64,000 bases of DNA from Negativicutes bacterium. Lineage in GTDB: Bacteria; Bacillota; Negativicutes; UBA1444. The translations under genes were made by a program, and so were the position numbers. The stretch is from positions 160,001 to 224,000 of the forward strand of contig CAXXIN010000003.1 of NCBI GenBank assembly GCA_963665275.2. Reading direction: 5' to 3'. Shown here in pieces: positions 20,041 to 30,525 of this stretch (positions within the stretch are counted from its first letter, which is position 1; every line of letters begins with the position of its first letter). The notes beneath the pieces are model-generated. The model worked only from the letters and a program-made list of their open reading frames with translations. It had not been told where the DNA came from and ran no database searches.

Positions 20041-21000
20041 TCATTCGTATGTTATGCGCGGGTCAAGCATGCCGTAAAGCAGGTCCACCAATAAATTACC
20101 GATTAGAACAAACACGGCGATCAGCACGGATACTCCCATGATTACCGGGTAGTCGCGGGCGTTTATCGATTGCACCATCAAACTGCCCAAGCCGGGCCAC
20201 CCGAAAATTTGTTCCGTAACCACGGCGCCTCCAATCAGGAACGGAAGTTGCGTGCTAAACCATGATACTAGGGGAATCCAGGCATTTCTCAAAGCGTGCC
20301 GGATCAGCACATCCTTTTCGCGCAATCCCTTGGCCCTAGCTGTACGCACGTAATCATCCTGCAGCACCTCCAACATGGATCCCCTGCATTGCCGTATCAG
20401 GCTTCCAATCATCTGGATGGCCAATACGAAGGATGGAAGAACCAAATGGTGTAGAAACATAGGCAGGGTACGCGCGCCGGATGTGTCATACATCCCAGAT
20501 GTAGGAAATATTCTCAGCTCGATGCAAAACAGATAGATCAATACGAGCCCGGCGAAAAAATTCGGCATCGCCGAGCCTACAAAGGATAACCCGGAAGAAA
20601 CGTAATCCCACTTGGTATAGGGCTTATATGCCGCCATAATGCCTAACGGCAACGAAATAACGATAGTGATCAACATGGCTGAGCCGGTAAGGATCAATGT
20701 GGGTAAAACTCTTTGGCCGATCATCATCATCACCGGAAGGTTAGTTCGAATCGAGGTTCCCATATTGCCTTGCAGGAGCTGCGTCAACCAGTGGAAATAT
20801 TGAATGATAACCGGCTGATCCAACCCCAACTCTTTGCTTTTGCGCGCCATTTCCTCCGCAGTGGCATAGGGGTCGTTAAAAAGGATTTCCAGGGGTGAAC
20901 TGGGTGTCAACGAAGCCAATATATATACAAGAACAGTGATACCGAGGAAAGTCGGTATCGCAGTCAAAAGGCGTTTTATAACAAATGTATATTTGTTCAT
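20041..21000 (-). CDS. oppB: Peptide ABC permease (OppB-like)
   Basis: LGLDQP, YVRTARAKG, EQIFGWPGLG, LDPRI; start 21000 by GGAGG RBS. Confidence 0.9.
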   Translation of the reverse strand: MNKYTFVIKRLLTAIPTFLGITVLVYILASLTPSSPLEILFNDPYATAEEMARKSKELGLDQPVIIQYFHWLTQLLQGNMGTSIRTNLPVMMMIGQRVLPTLILTGSAMLITIVISLPLGIMAAYKPYTKWDYVSSGLSFVGSAMPNFFAGLVLIYLFCIELRIFPTSGMYDTSGARTLPMFLHHLVLPSFVLAIQMIGSLIRQCRGSMLEVLQDDYVRTARAKGLREKDVLIRHALRNAWIPLVSWFSTQLPFLIGGAVVTEQIFGWPGLGSLMVQSINARDYPVIMGVSVLIAVFVLIGNLLVDLLYGMLDPRITYE

Positions 21001-21049
21001 CTTTTCCTCCATCCTAGTGAACTAGACGAAGAGTGTTTTTAGTTCCCTT

Positions 21050-22016
21050 TCAAATCCTGTTTGCCGCTTTTACAACGCTGTTAATGCGGCGGTAGTCAAT
21101 CTCCGTGGGTAGAGTGCAGTCCGAACCGATTATAAAACGTTTTCCATTCATCTCCGATAAAACCTTCTGCGTATGCCGGTCAATATCTTCCTCAGAGCCG
21201 TCTACCAGTACCCCCCGCCCTATCCTGAAATCCGCCGAGCACAATACTGTCAGAAAACAAGTCTGCTCCTTCAGTTAGGCTGAACTTATTTCCGTAAACA
21301 CTCCAGTTTACAATAGACGGCTTGAGCGCTTGGTACCGTTCAAAAGAAATGTTGCTTTTGCAGATATGCAAAATATCAAAGCGGGTTTTTTCCTTGATAT
21401 GTCGGTAAATTTCCGCTTCAAACGGAGCCACGAATTCCGCATACTCATCCTCGGTGAAGAAGTGCCGCTCCCCTCCCAAAGCCGCGTAAAAAATGCCTTC
21501 AGCGCCTGCTTCCAATGAGCAGTCCACCATTTCGATCAAGGTATCGGCAACCACGCGGAAAGCTTTTTTCATCTCAAGTGGCCGTTCCCGACAGAACAGC
21601 GCCAAACAATAACCCATACTGGTATAATTTCCGGCGAAACCCGTCTCATGGAACATGGAAGCCACCAGTCCATGAATCGTGCTGACAATGGGGTACTCAT
21701 CCCTTGATTTGTCGGCAATTCGTTTGATTATATCCATTTGATCCAGGAAGAGGCGATCCGTGCGACAAAACCCGCGAAATTTCTTAATGTCATCCAGACA
21801 GCGAATCTGCGTCTCCCCATCATACAGTATATTCTCGTTCATGATCTTCAAAACATCCGTATCCGTGTTTTTCATAAAATCAATATGAGCCGTGATTGCA
21901 CTTTCGCCATGGTGCATACTGTCAGGAAAATGCAACCAGAACCCTACCGGTGTGCGATCAACGGGTTTTCCCTCGATCAAACTGAAAATGCGTTCTCTTT
22001 TTGTCATGGATTGCAT
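21050..22016 (-). pseudogene. Uroporphyrinogen-decarboxylase/MtaA-CmuA-like protein split by a +1 frameshift (or sequencing error)
   Basis: N-terminal DRTPVGFWLHF, ILHIC in ORF 21192..22055; C-terminal GVLVDGS...FIIGSDCTLP in ORF 21050..21244; junction at C6 run 21211-21216. Confidence 0.8.
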
Positions 22017-22135
22017 GGCAACCTCCTTATTTTCCTTTGGATGACGCAGCGCCATTTATTTAATCATATTAGTAATCATATTAATAATATATTACTTTCG
22101 GCACACTTTGTCCATATATTTCACAAAAACCAAAT

Positions 22136-22184
22136 CAGGTCCTGCTTCCGCGCGAACAACTCGTCTCGTACGAAAACAGGACCT
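22136..22184 (-). terminator. Hairpin terminator after MFS gene
   Basis: CAGGTCCTG...CAGGACCTG inverted repeat with T-rich tail on minus strand. Confidence 0.5.
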
Positions 22185-22209
22185 GCTTCTATATCAACTA
22201 CTAATTTTT

Positions 22210-23568
22210 TTATGAGTTACTGTCCGGCGTCAGGTGCTGCCGTTCGGCAACTTCCTTTTTCTCGCGGTAAACGATATAGACCGCTGCCAGGCTGGCCAGG
22301 ACGCAGCAGAGTATGCCCAAATACCAAATGCCGTTGTATTCCGTATAAAAGGGCCCACCTTTGATGGCGAACTTCACAGCCATGAATCCGCTTAACGATA
22401 GCGAGGCCGCGCCAATAAACTGCCCGACCATATTAATGATCCCCATGCTGAAACCCGCAGTTCGAATCGACCAGATTTCGGCGGCGGAGGCATTCACCAG
22501 ACCATTAATATTAAGAATGACCCCGCTGAAGAAAGCGAGCGCTACAAGCCACTTAGCTGAAGGTACCACTGTGGAGAACAAGAAAAGTATCCCCGTTGTC
22601 AGCACAAGGCCGGTTAAAAGCGCAACACTACGCGGCATACCGAACTTTTTAAGCAAATGATCGGATAGCTTGCCAATGATGGGCGAACCCACCGTTCTAC
22701 CGACCACCCAAATGGTAGACATCGCTCCGCCTGCCACCATGGCGGCTTCTTTAGTCATCCCTTCGAAATGCATGTAATAATCGGCGGCAAATACCGGGAA
22801 CCAGCCTACGATGAGACGGTTGGCAATAATGTAACCGGACCACACAAGAGCTAACAGCCAGAGAGCCGGATCTCTGATGATTTCATGGGCCCGCGCCTTA
22901 TAATCGGCATCCTGCTTCTTGTCTTCCGCCGCCTCAATCGAAGGCAACCCCAATTCGGAAGGGTCAGACCTGAACATAAAGTGGATAACAATAGCAATCG
23001 CCACGATCATGATTCCCATGAGAATGGTTGAGCCTCTCCAACTCGCCATTTTGCCAAACAGTTCGGTGTTCGAAATGATTAACGCGAGATAGGGGATCAG
23101 GAAGAAGGCAAAAGCTTCGCCCAGTCCGCCGCCCAACCCGTGGTTGGTTTCCACGGCCAAGCCACGCTCTTTTTTCGCAAACCACTTGGAGAGGATCGAG
23201 GTAATCGGCACATAGCCCGCGGCTGATACAAAACCCATCAAAGCTCGCCAAATCAGGGTTTCGGTAAATGTACTGCTAAATGCGAATCCGACGAGAAACA
23301 GGCCGACCAAGCCGGTGCCGAGGGGAATGACCCGCCGTCCGCCAAACTTATCCGCCGCAATTCCCATGGGAACTTGCGCCAACGAATAAGCGTAGAAGAA
23401 GGCGGAACCGAGTAGCCCCAGCTCCGGTTTTCCAATCCCGAGATCGCCTGACAAATACTTCGAAATGCTGGTGTAATTCCAACGGACCAAGGTACTCGTG
23501 CAATAGGTCAAAATGCAAGCAGCCAAGATTATCCAACGATAATTTCTTTTAATAAACGATTGGTTCAT
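22210..23568 (-). CDS. MFS transporter (anion:cation symporter/OPA-like)
   Basis: GIAADKFGGR, KWFAKKERG, GKLSD; about 12 TM segments. Confidence 0.88.
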   Translation of the reverse strand: MNQSFIKRNYRWIILAACILTYCTSTLVRWNYTSISKYLSGDLGIGKPELGLLGSAFFYAYSLAQVPMGIAADKFGGRRVIPLGTGLVGLFLVGFAFSSTFTETLIWRALMGFVSAAGYVPITSILSKWFAKKERGLAVETNHGLGGGLGEAFAFFLIPYLALIISNTELFGKMASWRGSTILMGIMIVAIAIVIHFMFRSDPSELGLPSIEAAEDKKQDADYKARAHEIIRDPALWLLALVWSGYIIANRLIVGWFPVFAADYYMHFEGMTKEAAMVAGGAMSTIWVVGRTVGSPIIGKLSDHLLKKFGMPRSVALLTGLVLTTGILFLFSTVVPSAKWLVALAFFSGVILNINGLVNASAAEIWSIRTAGFSMGIINMVGQFIGAASLSLSGFMAVKFAIKGGPFYTEYNGIWYLGILCCVLASLAAVYIVYREKKEVAERQHLTPDSNS

Positions 23569-23645
23569 TTTCTCTCACCCTTTCCCTAATTATAATCGGT
23601 AAGCCTTCCATTGGAAAACACTGTGCATTTGTCAGCTTGGTATCA

Positions 23646-23656
23646 TTGTCAGACAA
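23646..23656. promoter_or_regulatory. FadR-type operator TTGTCAGACAA upstream of MFS
   Basis: Palindrome repeated at 30466 and 31291. Confidence 0.65.
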
Positions 23657-23682
23657 ATACCATCAAAAAAATTAACGGTCTG

Positions 23683-25104
23683 CTATGGCAAATGAATGGA
23701 TTTGTTATTGACTGCGTGAGCAGCTTCAAACAAGCTCTCCGCAAACGTAGGATGAGCATGAATCGTTGCCGTCAATTCTTCGACGGTGGCTTCGAGGCGC
23801 ATGGCCAGAGCCGCTTCGGCGATGATGTCGGTCGCTCTTTCACCGATAATATGAACGCCGAGAATTTCACCAGTCTCTTCTTCGGTCACAACTTTTGCCA
23901 ACCCCTGTGTTTTTTCAAGCGCCACTGCTTTGCCGAGAGCAGCAAAAGGAAACTTGCCTACCTTTACACGATAACCTTTTTCGCCGGCTTCCTTTTCAGT
24001 TAAGCCAACTCCGGCAACTTCAGGATTACTGAAAATGCACCCCGGCACGACTTTATAATCCATTTTGCTCTTGCCGCCCAGCGCATTTTCGGCGGCAACC
24101 ACACCTTCCGCAGAGGCACTATGCGCAAGCAGCATGCCGCCAGCTGCGACATCGCCAATGGCATAGACCCCTTTCACGTTGGTCTCCATTCGTTCATCGA
24201 CGATGATCCCCCTACGGCTGGTCTGAATGCCTATGCCCGCCAAATTAAGGTCTTCGATATTGGGGCTTCTGCCTGCCGCCATCAAAACCTGTTCCGTCTC
24301 CAGTTTTATGGGCCCTTGAGCAGTTGTTACTTCAACAATCAAACCGTTTTTTTGTGCTTTGATCGCTTCAATCTTGGCGCTTTTATAGATTTTAATGCCT
24401 TTTTTTTGCATTGCCGTTTCCAAAACGGCAACAATTTCACTATCCATTTGCGGCAATATCTGCGGCATCATTTCGATGATCGTAACTTCCGCTCCCAAGT
24501 TGCGATAAATGAAAGCGAATTCTACGCCAACGGCGCCGCCGCCGAGAATCAGGATATTTTGGGGTACTTTTTCCATGTTGAGTGCCCGATCACTGTTGAT
24601 CACAGATGGGTGATCGCTTCCCGGGATTGGCAATGCCGCCGCTCTGGAGCCTGTTGCCACAATAATATTCTTGGCCTTTTGGCGGATCAAGCCTTCTTTG
24701 GTTTGAATTTCAATCGTTTGCGCATCGACGAATCGACCTTTGCCGCTTACCAATTGAATTTTGTTTTTCTTAACTAGATAATTTACGCCACCAACCAATT
24801 GCTCAACCACACGGTTTTTGTATTTCATGAGTTGCGCCAAATCCAGTCCGTTATATTGAAGTTTAATGCCCACTTTCGCCGCCGCCTCTGCCATGTCAGC
24901 ATACTCGCTGCTATGGAGCAAGGTTTTGGTCGGAATACAACCCCGGTTCAGACAGGTTCCGCCGAGTTTATCCTGTTCCACGAGAACCACCGCGGCGCCT
25001 AACTGTGCGGCGCGTATTGCGGCGACATAGCCCCCGGGTCCTCCCCCCAACACCAGCACATCGGCTGTTGCGGCGCCGGATTTCCCTTCATATGATTGGC
25101 TCAT
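23683..25104 (-). CDS. lpdA: Dihydrolipoyl dehydrogenase (E3)
   Basis: GGGPGG, GGTCLNRGCIP, HAHPTFAE. Confidence 0.95.
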   Translation of the reverse strand: MSQSYEGKSGAATADVLVLGGGPGGYVAAIRAAQLGAAVVLVEQDKLGGTCLNRGCIPTKTLLHSSEYADMAEAAAKVGIKLQYNGLDLAQLMKYKNRVVEQLVGGVNYLVKKNKIQLVSGKGRFVDAQTIEIQTKEGLIRQKAKNIIVATGSRAAALPIPGSDHPSVINSDRALNMEKVPQNILILGGGAVGVEFAFIYRNLGAEVTIIEMMPQILPQMDSEIVAVLETAMQKKGIKIYKSAKIEAIKAQKNGLIVEVTTAQGPIKLETEQVLMAAGRSPNIEDLNLAGIGIQTSRRGIIVDERMETNVKGVYAIGDVAAGGMLLAHSASAEGVVAAENALGGKSKMDYKVVPGCIFSNPEVAGVGLTEKEAGEKGYRVKVGKFPFAALGKAVALEKTQGLAKVVTEEETGEILGVHIIGERATDIIAEAALAMRLEATVEELTATIHAHPTFAESLFEAAHAVNNKSIHLP

Positions 25105-25127
25105 AGTTTCTCCTCCATTATAGTGGT

Positions 25128-26105
25128 CTACTTTCCAAACATTTCTCTGGCGGTTTGGACGATACGCTGTTCGCTCGGAATATAGAAATCTTCCAGCGTC
25201 GGACTGAAAGGAACCGGTGTGTCCTGGGCGCCCACGCGCTCGATCGGAGCATCCAGATACCCGAACGCTTCCTTGCTGACGACAGCCGCAATCTCGCCAC
25301 CGATACCGCCGATCATCGGCGCCTCATGGGTTATCAGCAGTCGGCTTGTTTTGATCACCGATTTCACAATCGTTTGGGTATCCAATGGCTTGATGGAACG
25401 CAAATCCACTACTTCCGCATCAATTCCGAGTTTCGTCAATTCTTCCGCCGCCCGCAACGATTTGTTCACCATCGCCCCGCAGGATACGATTGTGAGGTCT
25501 TTGCCTTCACGCCTGATCGCCGCTTTACCAATAGGTATCACAAAATCTTCTTCCGGTACTTCATCACGCACTCCGTACAATAATTTATGCTCCAGGAAAA
25601 TTACCGGATTCGGTTCACGGATCGCGGCCTTCAGCAAGCCCTTCGCATCGGCGGCTGTAGCAGGCATCAGCACTTTTATGCCGGGAACGTTGGTAAACCA
25701 AGCTTCCAAATTCTGCGAATGGTGCATGCCGGAGCGACTTCCTGCACCGAAGGGCGCTCTGATCACCAGGGGAACCGACATGTCGCCATCATACGCATAG
25801 CACATTTTGGCGGCGTTATTCACGAGTTGATCGGCAGCAATCGGCAAAAAGTCCGAGAACATCAGTTCAACCACCGGTTTCATACCCATCATTGCTGCAC
25901 CGATTGCAGCCCCGGTAATCGCCGCCTCGGAAATAGGAGTGTCAATGACCCGGTCCGAGCCGAATTTATCCCAAATGCCGGCAGTCACTTGCAATGTTCC
26001 ACCATAACTCCCGATATCTTCACCAATCAAAATTACGTCGGCATCGACTGCCATTTCTTCCATCAAAGCTTCCCGGATCGCTTCCCGCATGGTTATTTTT
26101 TTCAT
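25128..26105 (-). CDS. 2-oxoacid/acetoin dehydrogenase E1 beta subunit
   Basis: GEDIG, DTPISE, HHSQ, DLRSIKPLD, LDAPIERV. Confidence 0.92.
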   Translation of the reverse strand: MKKITMREAIREALMEEMAVDADVILIGEDIGSYGGTLQVTAGIWDKFGSDRVIDTPISEAAITGAAIGAAMMGMKPVVELMFSDFLPIAADQLVNNAAKMCYAYDGDMSVPLVIRAPFGAGSRSGMHHSQNLEAWFTNVPGIKVLMPATAADAKGLLKAAIREPNPVIFLEHKLLYGVRDEVPEEDFVIPIGKAAIRREGKDLTIVSCGAMVNKSLRAAEELTKLGIDAEVVDLRSIKPLDTQTIVKSVIKTSRLLITHEAPMIGGIGGEIAAVVSKEAFGYLDAPIERVGAQDTPVPFSPTLEDFYIPSEQRIVQTAREMFGK

Positions 26106-26106
26106 T

Positions 26107-27087
26107 TTACATCACATCCTTTTCGGTAGCATAAGTATGTAAAAGAGCTTCTTCGGCTGGTGGGTACGGCGAATCTTCCGCAAACTTAATGGCATCCTTC
26201 ACTTCTTCCTTGACGCTCTCATCAAGTGCATCCAGTTCTTCTTCCGTGGCAATTCCTTGGGACAGCAGATATTCCCGATAGTGTTTGACCGGGCAACGGG
26301 CTTTCCATGCCTCAATTTCCTCTTTCGGTCGATCATCGCGCGGGTCGCGCTCGGAATGGCCTCTCCAGCGATAGGTCTTGCATTCCAAAAGTGTTGGTCC
26401 TTCTCCTTTTCTGGCCCGGTCGTAAGCTTTTTGCGATTCATTGTAGACAGCCAGCACATCATTGCCGTCCACCACAACCCCCGGCATGCCGTATGCCGCC
26501 GCTCGGTCGGCAATATCTTTGATTGCCACATGATACGAAGCGGGCGTCGAAATCGCATACAAGTTGTTCTCGCAAACGAACACAACCGGTAATTTCCAGA
26601 TCGCGGCCAAGTTCAGCGCTTCATGAAAATCACCCCGATTGGTCGCTCCGTCACCAAAGAACACCACCGAAACATAGTCTTTTTTTCGTAGCTTGGCTGC
26701 CAGCGCCGTGCCGACGCCGAGCGGAATATGTCCGCCGACGATTCCCGAACCGGCGATCACGCCTTTTTTCCTGTCGCCCAGATGATGCGAAGTATTTTTC
26801 CCGCGCCCGGAACCGGTGACTTTAGCAAACGCACCCGCCATCATTTGCCGAGATGAAATGCCTTTGACCATGAAAGCGCCGCGTGTGCGCAGCGACGGCA
26901 GAATGAGATCATCTGCACGCAGGTTGTAGCACGCTCCAACCGAGATGGCCTCCTGACCGATGCTCACATGGGGAAGTTCCGTAAGCGGTGAGTGATGGTG
27001 ATATTCGACCATTCTTTCTTCCGTGTGCCGAGTTAAGAACAATAGACGATACATTTCCAAGTGATCTGCTTTGGCAAGTTTTTTCAT
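26107..27087 (-). CDS. TPP-dependent dehydrogenase E1 alpha subunit (AcoA-like, atypical active site)
   Basis: GDGA...ENN TPP motif, TYRWRGHS; start 27087 by GAGGTG RBS. Confidence 0.92.
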   Translation of the reverse strand: MKKLAKADHLEMYRLLFLTRHTEERMVEYHHHSPLTELPHVSIGQEAISVGACYNLRADDLILPSLRTRGAFMVKGISSRQMMAGAFAKVTGSGRGKNTSHHLGDRKKGVIAGSGIVGGHIPLGVGTALAAKLRKKDYVSVVFFGDGATNRGDFHEALNLAAIWKLPVVFVCENNLYAISTPASYHVAIKDIADRAAAYGMPGVVVDGNDVLAVYNESQKAYDRARKGEGPTLLECKTYRWRGHSERDPRDDRPKEEIEAWKARCPVKHYREYLLSQGIATEEELDALDESVKEEVKDAIKFAEDSPYPPAEEALLHTYATEKDVM

Positions 27088-27119
27088 AACGTTCTTCACC
27101 TCTCCAATAATATGCTGGC

Positions 27120-27602
27120 TTATTTCGGTCGTGGCACCGGCAGTTCCAAATCGATTTCCGGGTCATATTCCCAGCTCATGCGAGCGCCCTCAATTTCGTT
27201 GAGTACGATATCCATAGTGGAATGAACCGGATTTCCCCCGGGGAAGAAGTGTCCCCCCCAAGTTCTGCCGCTTGGATCACAGAGCACTCCATGCAAATGG
27301 ACGACTGGTTTCGTCGGATTTTCCAAGCACACAACCCCTTGTCCCGACAAGAATTCCACTGGACCATCAACTCGCATCGGCGGTCGGCGTTCAGAGCCCC
27401 GTTTAGTTTTCGTGCTGGGAACCGCCCATGATAGCTCGGCCCAACGCAAACTGCCGATAGCGATTTGTATGGCCGCAGTTTCAATCCCACCCTGTCGGCA
27501 AGTTTCAATGATTCCCTCGATTAAATCCGTATCACGCATCAATCGAGCCATAATCATCTTACCGGGTTTCGCCTGCACCAGAGAAATCCTTGTCTGTTCC
27601 AT
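27120..27602 (-). CDS. DUF296/PPC-domain protein
   Basis: RLMRDTDL, AIGSL, VEFLSGQG, HLHGVL...GGHF. Confidence 0.85.
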   Translation of the reverse strand: MEQTRISLVQAKPGKMIMARLMRDTDLIEGIIETCRQGGIETAAIQIAIGSLRWAELSWAVPSTKTKRGSERRPPMRVDGPVEFLSGQGVVCLENPTKPVVHLHGVLCDPSGRTWGGHFFPGGNPVHSTMDIVLNEIEGARMSWEYDPEIDLELPVPRPK

Positions 27603-27617
27603 TTGCACACGCCTCCG

Positions 27618-28817
27618 TCATTTTGGTTTATTCATTACGATTTGCTCCGGGTTTTCCAGATAGGTCTTAATCTGCTTCAAGAACTTAACGGCCGGAGCCC
27701 CGTCAACAATGCGGTGATCATAGGTCAGGCACAAATACATCAAAGGCGCCGCAATGATCTCATCACCCCTGACAATCGGAGTTTTTGCGACTTTTCCCAT
27801 ACCCAGAATCGCGCATTGCGGATAATTGATGATGGGAGTGAACAGCAGCGACCCAAAAGTCCCGGAATTGGTGACGGTAAATGTTCCATCGGCAAAATCC
27901 GCCGGAGCCAGTTGCCCGTCCCGGCCTTTGTTCGCCAATACATCCATCTCTTCCGCAATGGTGACAACATTTTTCTTATCAGTATCCCGAATCACCGGCG
28001 TCATGAGTCCGGCATCCGTCGCTACCGCTACACAAACGTTAATTTGCTTTTTGATATGAATGTTTTCGCCCACCAGTGAAGAATTCAACATGGGATAATC
28101 CTGCAGAGCTTTTGCCGCCGCGCGAACCACAAAGGAAGTATAGGAAACCGGCAACACTTTGCGATACGCCGCGATTTTCGTCATGTCCACATCCATAACC
28201 GTGGTCACATCGGCGGCAGTTTTTTTGCTGAGTGACAGATGATCGGCGATACTTTTTCGTATGCCGCGTAGAGGGACCATTTCGACTTCAACTTCACTTT
28301 CAATCGCTGCAACAGGATCCGCCAACTTGATCGCTACTGCCTTTTCCGCTGCATTAGCAGCTTCAATATCGGCTTTAACAATCAATCCATCCGGGCCGCT
28401 GCCACTAAGGCGGCTGGCATCTACGCCATACTTCTTGGCCAAGTTTCGGGCCAAAGGCGAAATTTTTAGTTTGGTTGGTGTTTTCTCCGGTGAAGACTCA
28501 CTAACTTCCGCGTCTTGCACCGTTGCGGCCTGGGTATCGGCAGGTGCGCCATCAAGATAGGCGGAAATATCCTCATTCGCATCGGCGATCAAACAGATTG
28601 GCGAACCCACTTGCGCATAATCGCCCTCTCCCACCAGGATCTTGCGCAAGACACCTGTGGCCGGCGCCGAAATTTCCACGGTGACTTTATCCGTCTCCGT
28701 CTCCAGTAAAGGTTCGTCTTCGGTTACCTGTTCCCCCTCCTGCTTAAGCCATTTTACAATTTTTCCTTCAACCATGGTCATACTGATTTGCGTCATCCTA
28801 AAAACTGTTACAGCCAT
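27618..28817 (-). CDS. Dihydrolipoamide acyltransferase (E2)
   Basis: Lipoyl motif ETDKV, E3-binding ISPLARNLA...GSGPDG, catalytic DHRIVDG. Confidence 0.93.
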   Translation of the reverse strand: MAVTVFRMTQISMTMVEGKIVKWLKQEGEQVTEDEPLLETETDKVTVEISAPATGVLRKILVGEGDYAQVGSPICLIADANEDISAYLDGAPADTQAATVQDAEVSESSPEKTPTKLKISPLARNLAKKYGVDASRLSGSGPDGLIVKADIEAANAAEKAVAIKLADPVAAIESEVEVEMVPLRGIRKSIADHLSLSKKTAADVTTVMDVDMTKIAAYRKVLPVSYTSFVVRAAAKALQDYPMLNSSLVGENIHIKKQINVCVAVATDAGLMTPVIRDTDKKNVVTIAEEMDVLANKGRDGQLAPADFADGTFTVTNSGTFGSLLFTPIINYPQCAILGMGKVAKTPIVRGDEIIAAPLMYLCLTYDHRIVDGAPAVKFLKQIKTYLENPEQIVMNKPK

Positions 28818-28878
28818 TTGTCATCCTCCCTTTTATCATTTGTACCACTGCCGAAGCAATGTTAAGTACCGCTGGTTA

Positions 28879-29730
28879 TTATGGGGCAAGCCTCATGCGG
28901 GCGTGGTAGGAACTCCTGATTAACGGCCCAGAAAAAGCATGGCGAAAGCCCATCTGCATTGCGACTTTTTCATATTCCGCAAACTTTTCCGGCGAGATAT
29001 ATTCCTGTACGGGATAGTGCTGCTGCGAAGGCGCCAGATATTGCCCGATGGTTACCATGTCGCATTTCACTTTTCGAAGATCAGCCAATACCCCCAGGAT
29101 TTCCTGTTCCTGCTCCCCCAAGCCCAGCATGATACCTGACTTGGTTAAAATATTGCCATCCAGTTCTTTACCCCGTTGCAACAATTCAAGTGAGCGCCGG
29201 TACTGCGCCATAGGCCGCACATTCGGATACAATCGGGGCACCGTCTCCAGATTATGATTAATAATTTCGGGTCTGGCGGCAACCACTGTCGTCAACGCCT
29301 CTTTGTTTCCTTGAAAATCCGGTATCAGAACTTCAACAGTGATTCCATTGCCCAGCGCCTGCAATTCCGCAATGGTCGCCGCGAATTGCGACGCTCCGCC
29401 ATCTGCCAAATCATCTCGGGTTACAGACGTTATCACAACATGCCGAAGTCTAAGTTCCTTGGCCGCAAACGCTACTTGCTGCGCTTCCTCTTCATCAACC
29501 GGCAACGGTTTTTCTTTCGTGACATTGCAAAACCTGCAGTTTCGCGTGCAGAATCTGCCCAAGATCATAAAGGTTGCCGTGCGCTGTCCGAAACACTCGA
29601 TCAGGTTGGGGCAATTACCTTCCTCACAAATGGTGTGAAGAGACAACTTACGCATAATCGTACGAACCTGGTCCATGTCGTTCTGCGCTTTCATACTTAC
29701 TTTGATCCAGTTTGGCCGGGGAATACCCAT
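28879..29730 (-). CDS. lipA: Lipoyl synthase
   Basis: [28 protein letters not shown]; start 29730 by GGAGGTG RBS. Confidence 0.95.
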   Translation of the reverse strand: MGIPRPNWIKVSMKAQNDMDQVRTIMRKLSLHTICEEGNCPNLIECFGQRTATFMILGRFCTRNCRFCNVTKEKPLPVDEEEAQQVAFAAKELRLRHVVITSVTRDDLADGGASQFAATIAELQALGNGITVEVLIPDFQGNKEALTTVVAARPEIINHNLETVPRLYPNVRPMAQYRRSLELLQRGKELDGNILTKSGIMLGLGEQEQEILGVLADLRKVKCDMVTIGQYLAPSQQHYPVQEYISPEKFAEYEKVAMQMGFRHAFSGPLIRSSYHARMRLAP

Positions 29731-30418
29731 CCGGCTCACCTCCAATCATTTGATATAGCTCAGCGCGCCCAATTACATCAGATTGCATTTGAAAAGTGTC
29801 AGCAAAATGATAACAAACTTGGTCTGTGACCTCAGCCACATTGCAGGGCCGGCCGACGAGGTCTTGCAATGAAGTCACCCCTTTGTCATGAATCCCACAT
29901 GGGATGATCCACGCGAAGTTCTCCAGTCGCGTGTTCACATTGAAAGCAAAACCATGCATCGAAACCCAGCGTTTGATCGCGCAGCCGACGGCTACGATCT
30001 TGGATCCACCGACCCACACGCCCCGATGCTCAGCATCTCTTGTCGCGGTTATGCCATAATCGCGCCGCAGCAACCGTATAAAGACCTCTTCTATTTTGCG
30101 GATAAAGTCATGAACATCGCGGGTTTGCTGCCGCAGGTCCATGACAGGATAACCGACAATTTGGCCCGGTCCATGATAGGTCACATCGCCGCCGCGATTG
30201 ATTTTATAAATCGGCACATCCTGCTGCTTCAAAAACTGTGGAGAAGCTACCACATGCGCTTCGTCCCCACCCCGTCCAATCGTTATCACCGGCGGATGTT
30301 CCAACAGCAGCAGCGTGTCCTCAATAGCGCCCTGCTGCCGCAACATCAGCAATTTCTGTTGAATAACCAACGATTCTTGATATTCAACGGTTTGTAACTT
30401 AGCTACTAGGAGCCGCAT
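29648..30418 (-). CDS. lipB: Octanoyltransferase
   Basis: [29 protein letters not shown]. Confidence 0.93.
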   Translation of the reverse strand: MRLLVAKLQTVEYQESLVIQQKLLMLRQQGAIEDTLLLLEHPPVITIGRGGDEAHVVASPQFLKQQDVPIYKINRGGDVTYHGPGQIVGYPVMDLRQQTRDVHDFIRKIEEVFIRLLRRDYGITATRDAEHRGVWVGGSKIVAVGCAIKRWVSMHGFAFNVNTRLENFAWIIPCGIHDKGVTSLQDLVGRPCNVAEVTDQVCYHFADTFQMQSDVIGRAELYQMIGGEPDGYSPAKLDQSKYESAERHGPGSYDYA

Positions 30419-30465
30419 TTTTTTCACCTTCCTACGGCGCATTTATCATGGGTATGTTCATCCGA

Positions 30466-30476
30466 TTGTCAGACAT
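30466..30476. promoter_or_regulatory. FadR-type operator TTGTCAGACAT upstream of lipB
   Basis: Matches copies at 23646 and 31291. Confidence 0.6.
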
Positions 30477-30525
30477 TTGATTTCAAAAAAAATATTGTTG
30501 CCAATATTTTTTCTTTATATTCCAC

